A stretch of 64,000 nt of DNA. Source: the human T2T-CHM13v2.0 reference genome, Homo sapiens. Positions 62,201 through 64,000 of this stretch are shown here, in pieces; the first letter of the stretch is position 1; the number at the start of each line of letters is the position of its first letter. The DNA lies in assembly GCF_009914755.1 (NCBI RefSeq), contig NC_060930.1. One strand, given 5' to 3'. The notes under the pieces were generated by a model, which was not told the origin of the DNA, did not search any database, and worked only from the letters and a program-made list of their open reading frames with translations. The position numbers and the translations under genes are program-made.

Positions 62201-63070
62201 ACTGGCTTGGATACCTGAAAAACTTTTTTCCAAGGCTCGCTTGCCTGCTGGACTCTTCATGGGGTCTACAGAAGGTCAGCACTCACATGAGATTAGAAGG
62301 CCTGAAAAAGGTGGCAGCTATTTTATGCTTCTGGTAGCAGCATCGGTGGGGGCATGGGCTCCTGGGTTTCTGATCTGTATTGTCAGTGGCTTCACTCCTG
62401 TCAGGGAGCACAGAATCCTGGGGTCTGGATTATGACACTTTTCCCTTTCTGCTCCTTCAGCTCTATGGACTGAAGTGGTGTCCTGAAGTTACTGATCTCT
62501 GAGTAATAGTGCCTTCTCATTTTTGCTTTTTAAAAACCAACTAACAACTTGATACAAATTCTCAGTGTTAAATTTCCCTGTGTTTGAAACACTGAGGGTG
62601 ATTTCCATTTTCCAAATGAGAGAGTTTTACCTGATGGCAAAGTATGACTGGGCATGTGGATGGCTAAAGTGAGGAGAATATGAAGCCTAGGGGTTGGCAG
62701 GCACTGAGGTCAAATAACTGACAGATCAGGAGGTGAAAAGTTCAGAGTCGGAATCTATGATTGTGGCTATAGGGGAACTCTCACATCCTCATCCAGGGTC
62801 TGGACTCTCTTGGGGCATTACGCTATTCCACCAAGCATTCCTTCCCAGGTTTCACTCAACCACAGCATTCTCCTTATCCCTCATCTCCACAAGTTAACAT
62901 TCTCCTCTGTACCCACTCTGGTCCCACCAACTATGATCAAACTGTGGTATGTTTGTCTCCCACTCCCCCCGCTACTCTTTCTTGAACTCAATCCCTTTCA
63001 CAGTTTTCCTAACTTCCCAAATCCTCAGAAACAAATATTGTCCTTTGGTTCTGAAAGTTTTACTCCTTCT
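59260..63070. mobile_element. Extended degenerate L2 region with MIR insertions
   Basis: Purine-rich L2 motifs such as TTTGGCAATTTGAAGGTCATTGGTGGCCTTTAAGAGAGCAATTT...GTGGAAACCAGATTG and TTTGAGAAGTTTAGCTGTGAAAGG. Confidence 0.5.
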
Positions 63071-63299
63071 TAAAAGAGCTTCTTAATCTGGAATCCACAG
63101 GTGATTCTAAGAGGAGCTATGATCCATCCAAAAGTACATAGCCAATCTTACAGGTGTGTATATATGTGCATTTTTTAAAGACAGGGGCTATCATATTTAT
63201 CACTCTTTCAAAGAGATCCTTGTTCCCTTCACCTTGAGAGTGGTTAAAGGAAGAGAAAAGAGCAATCACTGATAGAGTCTTTATTTGCTCAAGGTATCT

Positions 63300-63470
63300 T
63301 TTTCTGTGATCTCAAATAAGCCACTTCCGCTCTGTAGACCTCAGTTTCCTCATCTGTATAACGGAAACAATGATTCTTACCCTTCAAGATGGTTGTAAGG
63401 ATTAGATATAGTATAAAAAACCAGCACAGTGCCTGGCATGGTTGACTTTTAATGAACAGTAGCTATTGGT
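63300..63470 (+). mobile_element. MIR
   Basis: CCTCAGTTTCCTCATCTGTATAA...AGCACAGTGCCTGGCA. Confidence 0.75.
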
Positions 63471-63471
63471 A

Positions 63472-63900
63472 TTGAGCTAGTTTGGAGTCCCCCAGGCACA
63501 GACGTTTACATGGGGTTTGAGTAAAAGTATTTTATTTGAGAGGATACCTAGAACATGTCAGTAGGAAAAAAAGAAAGGGAAAGAATCCAATAAAAGTTGT
63601 ATAATCAAACATGTACTTTCAGGTGGAACTCATAACCCACTGGGGGGGTCCCTGAGATACAATATGAGGCACACCTTGAGTTGTCCATCAAGAGCTGAGG
63701 AAGTGGAGTACTTATCTGCCTACTTGTCATCTGTCATTGGCTAGGGGCTTCTAGGGACATGAACTGTCCAGCACAACTCACTTTTTTGGTCAAGAAAAAC
63801 CCTGGGGTGTAAAGTCTCAGGTGTTCACAGCAGCAAGTTTGTTGTACAAAGGTAAATACTCAAGAGATAACATCAGGGCAATGACAGCAACTGCCATAGT
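63472..63900 (-). mobile_element. ERVL LTR16-like solo LTR
   Basis: TTTATTTGAGAGGATACC...CAATAAAAG...GTCATTGGCTAGGGGC pattern. Confidence 0.45.
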
Positions 63901-64000
63901 GACTAATAGGAAGCCTTCCCCATCCCCACAACTGACATTAATAGGTTGCCCACTCTGTGCCCCATTAGCCCTCAGCTTGTCCTCTTGTCTTTGCTCTGTG

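Overview
Mammalian, almost certainly human/hominid, genomic DNA: Alu, L1PA, MIR, L2, MaLR/ERVL LTRs and hAT MITEs on a CpG-depleted background. No host protein-coding exon is supportable. The only real protein homology in the ORF track is broken L1 ORF2 (31016-32513); the other ORFs are chance or Alu/microsatellite reads. A CpG island (~52.6-54.0 kb) holds a minus-strand, non-coding first exon ending at a consensus donor (CAG|GTGAGT, 52772/52771). From memory this exon matches the 5' UTR of LRFN2 (SALM1, 6p21); this was not checked by search. On that reading, 1-52771 is proximal intron 1 and >53.3 kb is promoter/upstream DNA. I found no convincing new multi-gene system. The best leads are: (1) a young ~370-bp L1PA2-type insertion with a twin-priming inversion only 37 nt from the poly(A) tail; (2) minus-strand candidate splice features in the long intron (a recursive/micro-exon site at 9357, a 57-nt cassette exon at 9903-9959, and a UG-repeat-flanked donor at 22543 that could be TDP-43-repressed); (3) a uORF-dense first exon; (4) a near-complete two-LTR MLT1 element; (5) a MIR>MER81>Alu nest. 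Old-repeat boundaries and subfamily names are by eye and approximate.
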